In this document: one piece after another, positions 28,440 through 41,119 of the stretch
Layout of the letters: the number at the start of each line of letters is the position of its first letter
How positions within the stretch are numbered: the stretch's first letter is position 1
Assembly: GCA_963743495.1 (NCBI GenBank)
Contig: CAVUPO010000003.1
Location: 259,738-323,737 of the forward strand
Length of the DNA: 64,000 bases
Direction: 5' to 3'
Origin: an uncultured Actinomycetes bacterium
GTDB lineage: Bacteria; Actinomycetota; Thermoleophilia; Gaiellales; Gaiellaceae
Program-made: the position numbers and the translations under genes
The notes under the pieces: model-generated
Database searches by the model: none
Told to the model about the DNA's origin: nothing
The model's input: only the letters and a program-made list of their open reading frames with translations

Positions 28440-29176
28440 GCGAGCACCTGGAAGAGGATCATGGTCACGAGCGTACCGAGCACGGCTCCCAGCACGACCT
28501 CCGTCGTCGTGTGGATCCCGGCCTCGACCCGGGTCTGTGCGACCAGGAGTGCCATGATCAGGGCGACGAAGGCGACGACGACGCGCTGCTCGTCGACGAT
28601 GAACGTGATCGCGGTGAACCCGCCGAACGCAAGGGCCGCGTGCCCGGACGGGAGTCCGCCCGACAGCGGCGTGCCCCGCCCGGTCAGAGCTTTCGAGGCG
28701 ATCACGATCAGGATGATGAGGATGAGCGCGATCAGCGTCAGGTTGCTCGGCGCCTCGCGCAGGCGCTCGACGAGCCGGGAGCTTGGCGCCGAGAGCCGGT
28801 CGGCGAAGACGAGGTAGCCGATCACGACCGCGTTCACGCTGGCGATGAGCACCGCGCCCGCGGCGATGTCCTTCGCCACTTTCGCGAGCGGGTCGAACGA
28901 CGTGGTGGCGAGGTCGATCGTCGCCTCGATGGCCGTGTTGACCATCTCCGCGATCAGGACGAAGGAGATCGCGACGAGGAGCGCCATCAGCTCGAGCTTG
29001 GTGACTCCGTAGGAGAAGGCCAGGATGAGGACCGCCGTCGCGACCGCGAAGTGGATCCGCATGTTGCGCTGGGAGCGGAGGACGTGGATGACGCCCTCGA
29101 AGGCCCAGTTCAGGCTCTGGAGGATCCGCGGCACCCGCCGTTCGCGCGTCGACTCCCGGTCGGTGGGGACGGTCAT
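28436..29176 (-). CDS. dgkA: Diacylglycerol/undecaprenol kinase (DgkA) fused to a C-terminal PAP2-phosphatase-like membrane domain
   Basis: The N-terminal half is DgkA-like (FEGVIHVLRSQRNMRIH, IAEMVNTAIEATIDL, AKDIAAGAVL). The C-terminal half has PSGH and R-x5-H-x3-E (QTRVEAGIHTTTE) resembling PAP2 motifs C2/C3, and the C1-like KALTGRGTP is degenerate. Confidence 0.75.
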   Translation of the reverse strand: MTVPTDRESTRERRVPRILQSLNWAFEGVIHVLRSQRNMRIHFAVATAVLILAFSYGVTKLELMALLVAISFVLIAEMVNTAIEATIDLATTSFDPLAKVAKDIAAGAVLIASVNAVVIGYLVFADRLSAPSSRLVERLREAPSNLTLIALILIILIVIASKALTGRGTPLSGGLPSGHAALAFGGFTAITFIVDEQRVVVAFVALIMALLVAQTRVEAGIHTTTEVVLGAVLGTLVTMILFQVLA

Positions 29177-29550
29177 TCAGCGTGACTTCGCTCTCGGCGC
29201 TCCATCTCCGTTCCGTGCTCGTAGCCGAGCAGGTGGAGGATCCCGTGCACGAGCGGCTCCCGCCACGCGTCGCCGACGACCTGGGGGCAGAGGACGACGT
29301 CCCCGAGCTGGCGCGGGACGCCGTCGGGAAGCGCCTCGCGCGCGTCGATCGGGAACGAGAGCACGTCGGTCGCCTCGTCGATCCCCAGATGCTCGCGCTT
29401 CAGCTCCCGCATGCGCTTCGGCGTCGCGAACGCGACCCCCAGGTCTCCCTCCTCGATGCCCTCGCGGGCGAGAACCACGCGGGCGAGCTCGGCGGCCGCC
29501 CCCTCGTCGACGGCGGCGCCGCTCTCGTTGGCGATCTCGATCCGGATCAC
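29173..29550 (-). CDS. ybeY: rRNA maturation endoribonuclease YbeY
   Basis: TDVLSFP and HGILHLLGYEH motifs. The GTG overlaps the phoH stop. Confidence 0.9.
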   Translation of the reverse strand: MIRIEIANESGAAVDEGAAAELARVVLAREGIEEGDLGVAFATPKRMRELKREHLGIDEATDVLSFPIDAREALPDGVPRQLGDVVLCPQVVGDAWREPLVHGILHLLGYEHGTEMERRERSHAE

Positions 29551-30509
29551 CGGCGCCGCTGCGTGCCCGTCTCCTCGGCGTGGCGCTTGTACGCCTCGAC
29601 GATGCGCTGCACGAGCACGTGGCGGACGACGTCCTGGTTGCCGAACTCGACGAAGTCGATGCCGTCGATGTTGCCCAGGATGCGCGCCACGTGGATGAGG
29701 CCCGACGCCTGGTCCTGCGGCAAGTCGATCTGGGTGACGTCGCCGGTTACCACCACCTTCGAGCCGAAGCCGAGCCGCGTCAGGAACATCTGCATCTGCT
29801 CCGGCGTCGTGTTCTGTGCCTCGTCGAGGATGATGAAGGAGTCGTTCAGCGTCCGCCCGCGCATGAAGGCGAGCGGGGCGACCTCGATCGTCCCGCGCTC
29901 CATGTAGGCATTCAGCCGGTCGGCGTCGAGCATGTCGTAGAGCGCGTCGAAGAGCGGCCGCAGGTACGGGTCGACCTTGGCGAGCATGTCGCCGGGGAGG
30001 AAGCCGAGGCGCTCGCCGGCCTCGACCGCCGGCCTCGTGAGGATGAGCCGGTCGACGTCGCGGTCGGCGAGCGCGGCAACGGCGAGCGCCATCGCGAGGT
30101 ATGTCTTCCCCGTGCCGGCCGGCCCGATCCCGAAGGTGATCGTGCCGGAGCGGATCGCGTCCACGTAGCGCTTCTGGTTGACCGTCTTCGGCGTGATCTT
30201 CTTGCCGCGGTGGCGCCAGACGACGTCCTCGAAGATCTCGCGCGGGTCGCGCGCGGCGTCGAGGGCCGCGAGCACGGCGTCGACCGTGCTCGGACCGATC
30301 GCGTGCCCGCCCTCGACCAGCTCGACGAGCTCGTCGATGACCAGGCGGGCCTCCCCGACCTTGCCGTCGTCCCCCTCGAGCGTCAGCTGGTTCCCGCGCA
30401 GGCGGATCGCGCAGCCCATCCGGTCGCGCAGCGCCCCCAGAACGCCGTCGTCGACGCTGGCGAGCTCGGCGGCGACCTCGTTGGAGACGTAGAGAACTTG
30501 CTGCAACAC
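29547..30509 (-). CDS. phoH: PhoH-like ATPase
   Basis: GPAGTGKTYLAMA Walker A, FIILDEAQN, TGDVTQIDLP. Confidence 0.9.
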   Translation of the reverse strand: MLQQVLYVSNEVAAELASVDDGVLGALRDRMGCAIRLRGNQLTLEGDDGKVGEARLVIDELVELVEGGHAIGPSTVDAVLAALDAARDPREIFEDVVWRHRGKKITPKTVNQKRYVDAIRSGTITFGIGPAGTGKTYLAMALAVAALADRDVDRLILTRPAVEAGERLGFLPGDMLAKVDPYLRPLFDALYDMLDADRLNAYMERGTIEVAPLAFMRGRTLNDSFIILDEAQNTTPEQMQMFLTRLGFGSKVVVTGDVTQIDLPQDQASGLIHVARILGNIDGIDFVEFGNQDVVRHVLVQRIVEAYKRHAEETGTQRRR

Positions 30510-30692
30510 GCCGAATTCTAGTCCGCCCTCTCTGGCGCCCGAGCCCCGCGCCGGCCCGCGGCGCCCGCCCCCGCCTGCCCGCGGCGCAGAGCCGCGCGCG
30601 AACGGCCGGCCCCGGCCGGCGTCCCCCCACCGGGGGTCCTAGCGCATCCGGACGGGCGAGGGGCGCGCGGATCGTGCCGGGATCGTGACCGG

Positions 30693-31135
30693 TCAGGCCA
30701 GCTTCTCGCGCACGAGCTGGCTCACCTCGGAGCCGTCGGCGCGGCCGGCGATCTGCGGCATCACGTCGGCCATCACGCGGCCGAGGTCGCCCATGCTGGT
30801 CGCGCCCGTCTCGGCGATCGCGTCGTCGACGATCTCCTCGATCTCGTCCTCGGCGAGCGGCTCCGGCATGAACTCCTCGAGGACCTCGAGCTCGTCCTCC
30901 TCCTCCTCGGCCTGCTCCTCGCGGCCCGCCATCCGGAACGCCTCGGCGGCCTCGACCCGCCGCTTGCGCTCGCGCTGGAGCACCTGGAGCTCCTCGTCCT
31001 CGGTCAGCGGCCGCTGCAGCTCCTTCTCGGCGGCCTGCAGGGAGTTCAGGATCAGCCGCAGCGCGTCGCGGCGAGCTGCTCGCGCGCGCGCATCGCCTCC
31101 TTCAGCTCGTCCTCGATCTCGTCGATCAGGCTCAT
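30693..31135 (-). pseudogene. GatB/YqeY domain protein, one apparent frameshift near 31060-31070
   Basis: MSLIDEIEDELKEAMRAREQLAA is followed, in another frame, by ALRLILNSLQAAEKE...MGDLGRVMADVMPQIAGRADGSEVSQLVREKL. The ATG overlaps the HIT stop. Confidence 0.7.
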
Positions 31136-31473
31136 TCCGAATCCTCGCCAGGCGAGGGCGTGCCGCGCCGAGCACGTGCCAGTGCAGGTGGAAGACCGTC
31201 TGGCCGCCGCGCTCGGCCGACGTTGACGACGACACGGTAGTCCTCGAGCCCGGCCTCCCGCGCCGTCTCGGCGACGAACTCGAGCATCCGCTTCGCCTCC
31301 TCGGCCGGAAACTCGCCGACCTCGCGGAACGTGTCGACGTGCCGCTCGGGGATCACGAGCAGGTGCACCGGCGCCTGCGGGTTGATGTCGCGGATCGCGA
31401 CGAAGCCGTCGGTCTGCGCGACGTGGTCGCCGTCGCGGTAGAGGCGGCAGAAGAGGCAGTCCTCAGGCGGCAC
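31132..31473 (-). pseudogene. HIT (histidine triad) family protein, apparent frameshifts around the HxHxH motif
   Basis: GTG at 31473 is preceded by GAGGAGGGG. DCLFCRL, FVAIRDINPQAPVHLLVIP. GGQTVFHLHWHVLG is found only in the frame of ORF 30693..31235. Confidence 0.7.
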
Positions 31474-32676
31474 GCCGACGATCCCCTCCTCGCCCGACGC
31501 CGCGCCGCGCGGACGCGCACGAGCTCGCCGACCGGGCGCGCTCGACGAGCCAGGGCGAGTAGTCGTCGCCGTAGCCGCGGCCCGGGCGGTCGACGAGCAC
31601 GACGTCGTCGCCGCCGACCTTCGTCGCGCCAGCGCGCGCAGGCAGGCCTCGTGCGAGGCCGCGCGCAGCCGGGCGCCGCGCTCCTTCTTGACCGGCGGCG
31701 GCACCGGGTCGTCGGCGGCGGTGACCGTTCCCGGCCGCGGCGAGTACGGGAAGACGTGCATCTTCGTCAGCCCGGCCTCGCGCGACGGTCGCGAGCGTGC
31801 GCGCGAAGGCCGCGCTCGTCCTCGGCCGGGAAAGCCGACGATCACGTCGCTCGTCAGGTTGAAGCCCTCCGGCCAGCGGCGCGAGCCGGCGCAGGTAGGT
31901 GGCGACCGTGTAGCGGCGGCCCATCGCGCGCAGGACGCCGTCGTCGCCGGACTGGAGCGGCACGTGCAGGTGCGGCGCGACGGTCGGCGTCTCGCGCAGG
32001 GCGGCGACGAGCGCGTCCGAGACGTGGTTGATCTCGATCGAGGAGAGCCGCAGCCGCTCGAGGCCCGGCGTCGCGCCCGCCTCGCGGACGAGCCGCGGCA
32101 GGTCGTAGCCGGCGGCGCGGTCGCGGATAGCAGCCGAGGTTGATCCCGGTCAGGACGACCTCGCGGTGGCCCTGGCCGACGCGGCGGCGGATCTCGGCGA
32201 GGACGGCGTCGGCGCGCGCGGCTGCGCGAGGCGCCGCGCACGAGCGGGATGACGCAGAAGTTGCACGAGAACGAGCAGCCGTCCTGCACCTTGACGAAGG
32301 CGCGGACCCGGTCGAGGCGCGCGTCGGCCTGGACGCAGCCGATCGCGCCGACGTCGCCGGCGACGAACGCGGGCGTCTGCTCGCTCGCTTCGCGACGACG
32401 ACGACGTTCCCGGGCAGGCCGGCGAACGCGTCGCCGGCGAGGTTCGCGCCGCAGCCGGTGACGTAGACGCGGCGGTGCGTGCGGGCGGCGCGGCGCGGCG
32501 GCCTTGCGCGACTTCGCGACGGCCTCGTGCGTGACGCAGCAGGTGTTGACGACGGCGACGTCGGCGCCCGCGTCGCGCCTCGGCGTGCCCGTCGGCGAGC
32601 AGGCGCTCGCGCACCTCGTGGCACGTCGACGTGCGAGACCTTGCAGCCGAGGAAGTCGACGGTGAAGCGTCGCCAT
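31463..32676 (-). pseudogene. mtaB: Radical-SAM methylthiotransferase (MtaB/MiaB family), at least 8 apparent frameshifts
   Basis: Pieces are scattered over three frames: ADVAVVNTCCVTHEA, VQDGCSFSCNFCVIPLVRG, HVPLQSGDDGVLRAMGRRYT, FNLTSDVIVGFP, THVFPYSPRPGT-like KMHVFPYSPRPGT, DVVLVDRPGRGYGDDYSPWLVE. Confidence 0.8.
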
Positions 32677-32688
32677 GGGCGGCCGATG

Positions 32689-33088
32689 CTAGCCCAAGCG
32701 CCCGGTCCGGCCCCGCTGCTGTGCGGCGGCGACGAGCGCGGGGCCGGCGAGCGTCAGCACGACGCCCGCGACGAGGAAGGGCAGCGGGTCGAACCCGCCG
32801 CACCGAAGCGGCGCCGCGTCCGCCCGGATGGTGAGCACACCGCTCTCCGGGCAGGGCCGGTAATCGCGGTTCAGGCCCCAGACGACGAGACAGACCAGGC
32901 CGGCGCCCGAGACGAGCCCGAACGCCGTCCAGCGCGGAGGCGCCACCCGCAGGATGAGCCCGGCCGCCAGGAGCGCGAACGGGACGACGAAGAGCCCGAC
33001 CGAGGCCGCCCCGACGAAGCGAGAACGCGAGCAGGAAGCCCGCGCCCGTCCACGCGGCGAACCAGCCCCACCCGGGCCCGGCCTTCAT
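32689..33088 (-). pseudogene. Small hypothetical membrane protein (~130 aa), one apparent frameshift near 33020
   Basis: MKAGPGWGWFAAWTGAGFLLAF (frame of ORF 32150..33088) joins ORF 32689..32946 (WTAFGLVSGAGLVCLVVWGL...PLPFLVAGVVLTLAG). Confidence 0.4.
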
Positions 33089-33100
33089 CTCGGGCTCAGT

Positions 33101-33870
33101 CTAGCCCGCCTCCCGCACGAAGAGGTCGGCCGCCCAGCCGTCCGCCGCGCCGTCGGCGGCCTGCCAGCCGCTCGGCTCGGGCCGCTCGCCCGCGAGGTAG
33201 CCGGAGGCGATCAGGAGCCGGCGCGGCGAAGCGGGCGGCGAGCGCCTCGACCGCGATCGAGCGCGATGTTCGCGACCGCGACGTCGGCCGCCGGCAGCCG
33301 CTCGGTCGAGCGCGTCGCAGCGAGCCGGGCCTCGACCTCGACGCCGTTCGCGGCCGCGTTCGCCGCGCGTCGCCTCGACCGCCGGCCTGGTCGATGTCGA
33401 GCGCGATGACCGGGCGCGAAGCCGAGCTTGGCGGCGGCGATCGAGAGCACGCCCGAGCCGCAGCCGACGTCGAGCAGGCTCGTCCGCGGCGAGCTCGAGC
33501 AGCAGCTCGAGGCAGAGCCGCGTGGTCGGGTGCGCGCCCGTGCCGAACGCGCGGCCCGGGTCGACGACGACGGCGAGCGCGTCGCGGCGGCGGCTGCTCC
33601 CACGGCGGGCCGACCCAGAGCGGCCCGATCCGCGACCGGGCGGTGGAACTCGCGCCAGCGGTCCTCCCAGCCCGCCTCGACCTCGGCGCGCCTCGACCGG
33701 GGAACGCGGCGAGAAGGCGCCCGCGCCGCCTGCTCCGTGTAGGCGGCCAGCTCGAGCCGCCCGCCGTCGCTCGACCTCCTCGAAGCCCTCGGGGAAGAGC
33801 TCGAGCAGAACCGCGCCCGCGACCTCCTCGGCCGTCGCGGCGGGACGGCACGCGGACGTCGAGGCGCGGC
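33101..33870 (-). pseudogene. prmA: Ribosomal protein L11 methyltransferase, many apparent frameshifts; start not resolved
   Basis: EEVAGAVLLELFPEGFEEVE, VVVDPGRAFGTGAHPTTRLCLELL, LLDVGCGSGVLSIAAAKLG, ANAAANGVEVEA and LIASGYL lie in different frames. Confidence 0.75.
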
Positions 33871-35002
33871 TCAGCGGAACGCGCTCTTCAGCTTCTCGAA
33901 GAAGCCCTCGTCCGCGCGGTAGGTGCTCGTCGTCGCTCGGCGCTCGAACTCCTCGAGCAGCCGCCGCTGCTCGTCGGTCAGGTGGCGCGGGACGGCGACG
34001 TTGACGAGCACGCGGTGGTCGCCGCGGCCGAAGCCCTGCAGCACCGGCATGCCCTTGCCGCGGAGGACGCGCACCTCGCCGGGCTGCGTGCCCGGCTCGA
34101 ACTCGAGCTCGACCGTCGCCGTCGAGCGTCTCGACGGCGACCGTCGCGCCGAGCGCGGCCTGGGTCATCGTCAGGTCGACGTGCGAGAAGATGTCGTTGC
34201 CCTCGCGCACGAAGCGCTCGTCGGGGCGGACGCGCACGAGCACGTAGAGGTCGCCGGCGCGGCCGCCGAGCGCGCCCGCGTGGCCCTCGCCGCGTGAGGC
34301 GGATCCGCTGCCCGTCGTGGATCCCGGCGGGATCTCGACCTCGAGCGTCCGCTCCTCGAGCGTCCGCCCGGCGCCGTCGCAGGTCTCGCACGGGTGCTCG
34401 ACGACTTGCGGCCGGTGCCGCCGCACTGCGGGGCAGGCCTGCGGTGCGGACGAACTCGCCGAAGACGCTGCGGGAGACCTGCTGCAGCCGGCCGGTGCCG
34501 CCGCAGCGTCGGGCAGGTCGTCGACGCTCGTGCCCGGCTCGACGCCGTCGCCGCCGCAGGCGCGCAGGCGACGGCGACCTCGAGCGGGACGGCGCGCCGT
34601 CGTGCCGCGCGGCCGCCTCGGCGAGGTCGATCTCGACCTCGGCGGCGACGTCGGCGCCGCGGGCCGCGGCGCCGGGCGCCGCCGCGCCCCGAAGAGGTCG
34701 TCGCCGAAGAACGCGGAGAAGAGGTCGCCGAGGCTGCCGAGGTCGAAGTGGGTCGGCCGGAAGCCGCCCGTGCGAAGGCCGGCGTGGCCGTAGCGGTCGT
34801 AGAGCTGCGGGTCTCGGGGTTGGAGAGCGACCTCGTAGGCCTCCGACGACCTCGCGGAAGCGCTCGTCGGCCTCCGGTCGTCGGAGACGTCGGGGTGCAG
34901 CTCGCGCGCGAGCCGCGCGGAACGCCTTCTTGATCTCGCGCGTCGTCGGCGTCGCGCGGGACGCCGAGCAGCTCGTAGTAGTCGCGTCGCGTCGGTGGCC
35001 AT
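33871..35002 (-). pseudogene. dnaJ: Chaperone DnaJ, many apparent frameshifts
   Basis: J-domain pieces TTREIKKAF / ARELHPDV / YDRYGHAG. Zn-finger piece HPCETCDGAGR. C-terminal GDLYVLVRVRPDERFVREGNDIF and ORF 33871..34074 (LRGKGMPVLQGFGRGDHRVLVNV). Confidence 0.85.
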
Positions 35003-35047
35003 CGGTCGAAGGGTAGCGTCGCCGCGCTGCGTCGCCGGCGCCGCGGC

Positions 35048-36102
35048 TCAGCTCTCGTAGACCTCCTCGACGAAGCGCGAGAGCTCGTGCGCGGCGGAGC
35101 GGACGGAGCGGAGCGCCTTCTCGTAGTCCATCCGCAGCGGGCCGAGGAGGCTGACCGTGCCGAGCGTCTGGTGCGTCAGCCCGTAGGTGGCGCCGACGAG
35201 CGCGAGCGTCGTGCAGCGCGGGATGCTCGAGCTCGTCGCCGACGCGCACGAACGGGCGCGTCGCACCGCGAACGGCTCGCGCGAGCAGGTCGAGCAGCGC
35301 GGCGCGCTTCTCGAGCACCTCGAGCAGGCTGCGGTACGCGCCGAGCTCCTCGGCGCGGAACGTCGTCGAGCAGCCCCGCGGCGCCGCCGACGTAGAGCGG
35401 CTGCTCCTCCGACTCGACGACCTCGTCGAACGCCGGCCGCAGCTCGGCGAGGAAGGCGCGCTCGCCCGGCGAGAGCGCCGGGCTCGTCGAAGCGGCGCGC
35501 GCGAGCAGGCGCGGCGCCGAGCTGGAGCCCCGACGACCGTCTCGTTCAGGTAGTCGCCCGCCCAGCTCGCGAGGCCCGAGGTCGACGGGCTCGGCGAACG
35601 TGATAGCGCGCTTCGACACGCCGCCGGTCGAGGTGATCACGACGACCATCACGAGGTGCGGCTGCAGCAGCAGCACCTCGACGTGCCGCACGCGTCGCCG
35701 CCTCGAGCGGCGGCGCCGAGACGAGCGCGAGCAGCCGCGTCAGCCTGCGAGAGCAATCGGTCGTCGCCTGCAGCGCCGACTCGACCTCGGCTCGCGCCGC
35801 CGCGAGGTCGAGCGGGAACTCGGCCGGGCGCGGCTCCAGCTGCGCGAGCAGCCCGTCGACGTAGAGCCGGTAGCCGGCCTCGGTCGGCACGCGCCCCGCG
35901 GAGGTGTGCGGATGCGTCAGCAGGCCGAGCGCTCGAGCTCCGCGAGCTCGGCGCGCACCGTCGAGGACGAGACGTCGCAGCCCGGCGCGCTCGACGAGCG
36001 TCTTCGAGCCGACCGGCTGCCCGGTCGCGACGTACTCCTCGACCACGTGGGCAGGATCGTCTCCTGGCGCGGGCTGAGACGGAGCTCCTGTGCGTCGGCC
36101 AT
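35048..36102 (-). pseudogene. hrcA: Heat-inducible transcription repressor HrcA, many apparent frameshifts
   Basis: MADAQELRLSPRQETIL, VVEEYVATGQPVGSKTLVERAG, LGLLTHPHTSAGRVPTEAGYRLYVD. C-terminal ORF 35048..35266 (TLGTVSLLGPLRMDYEKAL). The ATG lies 3 nt after the hemW stop. Confidence 0.8.
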
Positions 36103-36105
36103 CGC

Positions 36106-37220
36106 CTAGAGTGTAGTTTTTGCAGGGCTTTCGGCGAGAAGCTCCGCCGTGACGCCGCCGCCGAGGAAGCGGCCGCGCCGGGTCAGGGCGAGGCCGTGTC
36201 CCCGCAGCTCGACGAGGCCGAGCTGCTCCATGCGGGCCAGCCCGTCCGGGTCGAGGGCGCCCTCGACGCCCGCGAGCGGGACCGGCTCGTCCAGGCGGAG
36301 GCCGAGCATCAGCCTCTCGCGGAGGGCGACCTCCCGCCCCAGCGCTCCTCCTCGCGCGGCGGCCGGCTCCCGGCGGCGAGCGCCGCCAGGTAGCGAGGCG
36401 GGCCGGGACGGTTGCGCCAGCGGCGCCGGCGACTGTGGAGACCGCGCCGATCCCGATGCCGAGGTAGTCCTCCGCGAGCCAGTAGCCCAGGTTGTGCCGC
36501 GCCTGCCGCCCGGGCCGGCAGAAGTTCGCCGTCTCGTACCAGCGGTAGCCGGCGCCGACGAGCGTCTCGACGACGCGCTCGAAGTAGCCCTCCATCGCCT
36601 CGGCCTGGCGGCCCAGCTCGTCGCCATGCGCGGTCGTGAAGCGCGTGCCCGGCTTCGCCTCGAGCTCGTAGCAGGAGAGGTGCTCGGGCCCGAGCGCGAG
36701 CGCCTCGGCGAGGTCGAGCTCGAGGTCGGCGGCGCTCTGGCCGGGGATCCCGTAGACGAGATCGAGCGAGACGTTGTCGAATCCGGCGTCACGGAGGCGG
36801 TGGAAGGCCGCCCGGACGTCGTCCGGCCCGGCCCGGCGCTCGAGCAGTGGCGAGCAGCGCGGGCTGGAAGCTCTGCGCGCCGAGCGAGACCCGGGTGACG
36901 CCGCCGCGGCGGAGGCGCTCGGCGAGCTCGGGCGTCGACGGTCTCCGGGTTCGCCTCGACCGTCACCTCGGCGGCGGCGGGCAGGGCGCCCAGGAGCCGC
37001 GCGAGCGCGCCCGGCTCGGTGAAGGTCGGCGTCCCGCCGCCGAGGAACACCGTCTCCACCGTCGGCGCGAGCAGCGCGACGCTCGAGCTCCAGCTCGGCG
37101 AGCAGCGCGTCGACGTAGGCGCCGTGGCCGTCGGCCGGCCGACGACCGTGACGAAGTCGCAGTAGCCGCAGCGGTGCGCGCAGAAGGGCAGGTGGACGTA
37201 GAGGTGCCGGGCGCCGGCGC

Positions 37221-37224
<4 letters not shown>
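36106..37224 (-). pseudogene. hemW: Radical-SAM heme chaperone HemW (HemN-like), many apparent frameshifts
   Basis: [27 protein letters not shown], and the C-terminal [19 protein letters not shown]. The GTG overlaps the lepA stop (GTGA at 37221-37224). Confidence 0.8.
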
Positions 37225-39012
<1,788 letters not shown>

Positions 39013-39031
39013 GGGGATCCGAGTTCCCGTT

Positions 39032-40618
39032 CTACCGGACCGGCGGCGGAGGGAGAGGAGCGTCTGCAGCTCGCGGACGCGCAGGACGGCCGCCGCGCCG
39101 AGGAACGCCGCCACCCCGGCGAGGACGCCGGCGCCCACGGAGACGACCTGCGCCCCGAGCGAGCGGCCGAGCGCCGCGTCCAGGGCGTACCAGACGCCGA
39201 ACGCCGCTCCCCCGGCGACGGCGGAGGCCAGGGCGATGCGCCCGTAGGAAGCGGCGATCGCCCAGCCGTCCAGGCGGCCGAGGCGGCGGCGGAGGACGAC
39301 GAGCAGCGCGAGCGTGCCGGCGATGTTGACGATCGAGGTCGCGAGCGGAATCCCCCAGACGCCGACGCGGTAGAGGATGCCTGCGAGCACGGCGTTGAGC
39401 ACGAGGTTGCCGAGCGCGATCGAGGTCGGGACCCAGGGCGACTGGAGGCTGAAGAACGACCGGTTCAGCATCAGCATCGTCCCGTTGAACGTCAGCCCGA
39501 GCGCGAAGGCGGCGAGCGCGCCGGCCACGACCGGCGTCTGCTCCGCGGTGAACTCCCCGCGCTGGTAGAGGAGCCGCACGATCGGCTCGGCGAGCACCGC
39601 GGCGACGGCGCTCGCGGGCAGGAGGAGAAAGCCGATCTGGCGCACCCCGAGGGAGACGGTGTCCCTGAACCCGGAGTAGTCCGCCCGCGCGGCGAGGCGC
39701 GAGAGGCGCGGGAAGAGGACCGTGGCGACGGCGACGGAGAACATCCCCTGCGGGAGCATGTAGATGCGGAACGCCGCGTCGATCGCGCTCGGGGCGAGCT
39801 GCGGGTCGACGAACCGCGAGGCGAAGAACGTGTTCACCAGGAGGTTGAAGTTGATGAGCCCGACTCCCAGCGCGACGGGCAGCATCAGGGTCAGCACGCG
39901 CTTCACGGCCGGGTCGCGGAGGTCGAGCACCGCCCGCATGCCGGCCGTCGCGGCGGCGCAGCCACCAGACGGGTGTGACGGTCTGCAGGATCGTCCCGAC
40001 GAGGACGCCGCCGGCATACGCGTAGAGCTGCGCCTCCTCGCTGTCGAGCCGCGGCACGACGACGAGGAGCGAGACGATGATCGCCACGTTCCAGATCACG
40101 GGCATGAGCGCCTGCGCCGTGAACTCCTCGTACGAGTTGAGGATCCCGACGACGATCCCCGAGACGCCCATGAGGACGACCACGGGAAAGAGGATCCGCG
40201 AGAGCGTGGTCGCCAGGTCCTCCAGGTCGCCGAGGCCGAAGAGCCGCATGATCAGGGGCGCGAGCAGCATCAGGAGGGCGGTAACCGCGCCGAGGACGAT
40301 CAGCACCAGCCAGAAGAGCGTCGAGGCGACCCGCCAGGCCCGCTCGCGCTGGTCCTTCTCGAGGAGCTCGCTGAAGACGGGCACGAAGGCCGAGCTCAAC
40401 GCCGTGTCGGCCGCCAGGGCGCGCACGAGGTTCGGGAGCTGGAAGGCGACCGTGAACGCGTTGATCTCGCCCTCGACGCCGAAGGTCCGCCGGGCGACGA
40501 TCTCGCGGAGGAGCCCGAGCACGCGCGAGACGCCGGTGATGCCCGCGAAGAGGGCCGTCGAGAAGGCGAGTCGCCGGCCGATCGGGCCAGCGCGCGTCGA
40601 CGGCTCTGATTCACTCAC
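39032..40618 (-). pseudogene. murJ: Lipid II flippase MurJ (MviN), apparent frameshift near 39955-39965 and probably another near the stop
   Basis: The N-terminal half is in ORF 39032..40711 (GVSRVLGLLREIVARRTFG, NAFTVAFQLPNLVRAL). The C-terminal half is in the frame of ORF 36106..40017 ([26 protein letters not shown]...). GTG at 40618. Confidence 0.8.
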
Positions 40619-40697
40619 GCGGCGAGGATAGGCGAGCGGCCAGAGCGCGCGGCCTGCTGCTACGATTCGGCCGGCCCCGCGGGGGCCGTTTCTCCGT

Positions 40698-40961
40698 ATG
40701 CCGAACATCAAGCAGCAGAAGCGCCGCGTCTCGATCGCCGCCCGCCAGCGGCTCGAGAACCTGCACTTCCGCTCGGCCGCGAAGACCCACTACCGGCGGC
40801 TCGAGGCGGCCGTGGCCGACGGCGACGAGGACGCCGTCGCCGCCGCGCACCGCGAGCTCGTGCGCTGCCTCGACCGCGCCGCGGCAAGCCACGCGATCCA
40901 CCCGAACCGGGCGGCGCGCAAGAAGTCGCAGGCCGCACGCCTGATCGCCGGCGCCTCGTAG
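40698..40961 (+). CDS. rpsT: 30S ribosomal protein S20
   Basis: MPNIKQQKRRVSIAARQRLENLHFRSAAKT...IHPNRAARKKS. Confidence 0.9.
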   Translation: MPNIKQQKRRVSIAARQRLENLHFRSAAKTHYRRLEAAVADGDEDAVAAAHRELVRCLDRAAASHAIHPNRAARKKSQAARLIAGAS

Positions 40962-41119
40962 CGCCGCGCGAACCCGTCACGGTCCCGGCAGGCTTTCGGC
41001 GCGATCCGCGCGCCCCAGGTGCGTCCTCTCGCGTTAGGCTCGAAAGCGGGTGGTGGGCCGGGGTGCCCCTCGGAGGCCGGCGCTGGGCCGGACCGCCGAG
41101 CGGAGGCTAGCCGCGGACG

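Noticed and set aside
25845-28817. Very long antisense ORFs (this 990-aa one; also 32479..35016, 2973..4898, 47034..48887, 52617..54710, 1150..2505)
   Set aside because: They lie opposite well-supported genes (M3 peptidase/era/cdd, dnaJ/prmA, rpsA, leuS, YncE-like). They are dominated by Arg/Gly/Pro/Ala/Asp runs and match no family. They are typical shadow ORFs of high-GC DNA.
30661-30692. Tandem GGATCGTG(C/A)CCGG direct repeat just downstream of the yqeY-like stop
   Set aside because: There are only two short copies with no further periodicity or partner elsewhere in the window. That is compatible with chance in GC-rich DNA.
35048-36140. CIRCE operator and an apparently unusual hrcA-dnaJ pair without grpE-dnaK
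   Set aside because: hrcA starts 3 nt after hemW, so there is no room for an operator. I saw no TTAGCACTC-N9-GAGTGCTAA-like inverted repeat nearby. hrcA followed directly by a dnaJ paralogue is the normal actinobacterial arrangement, so this is not anomalous.
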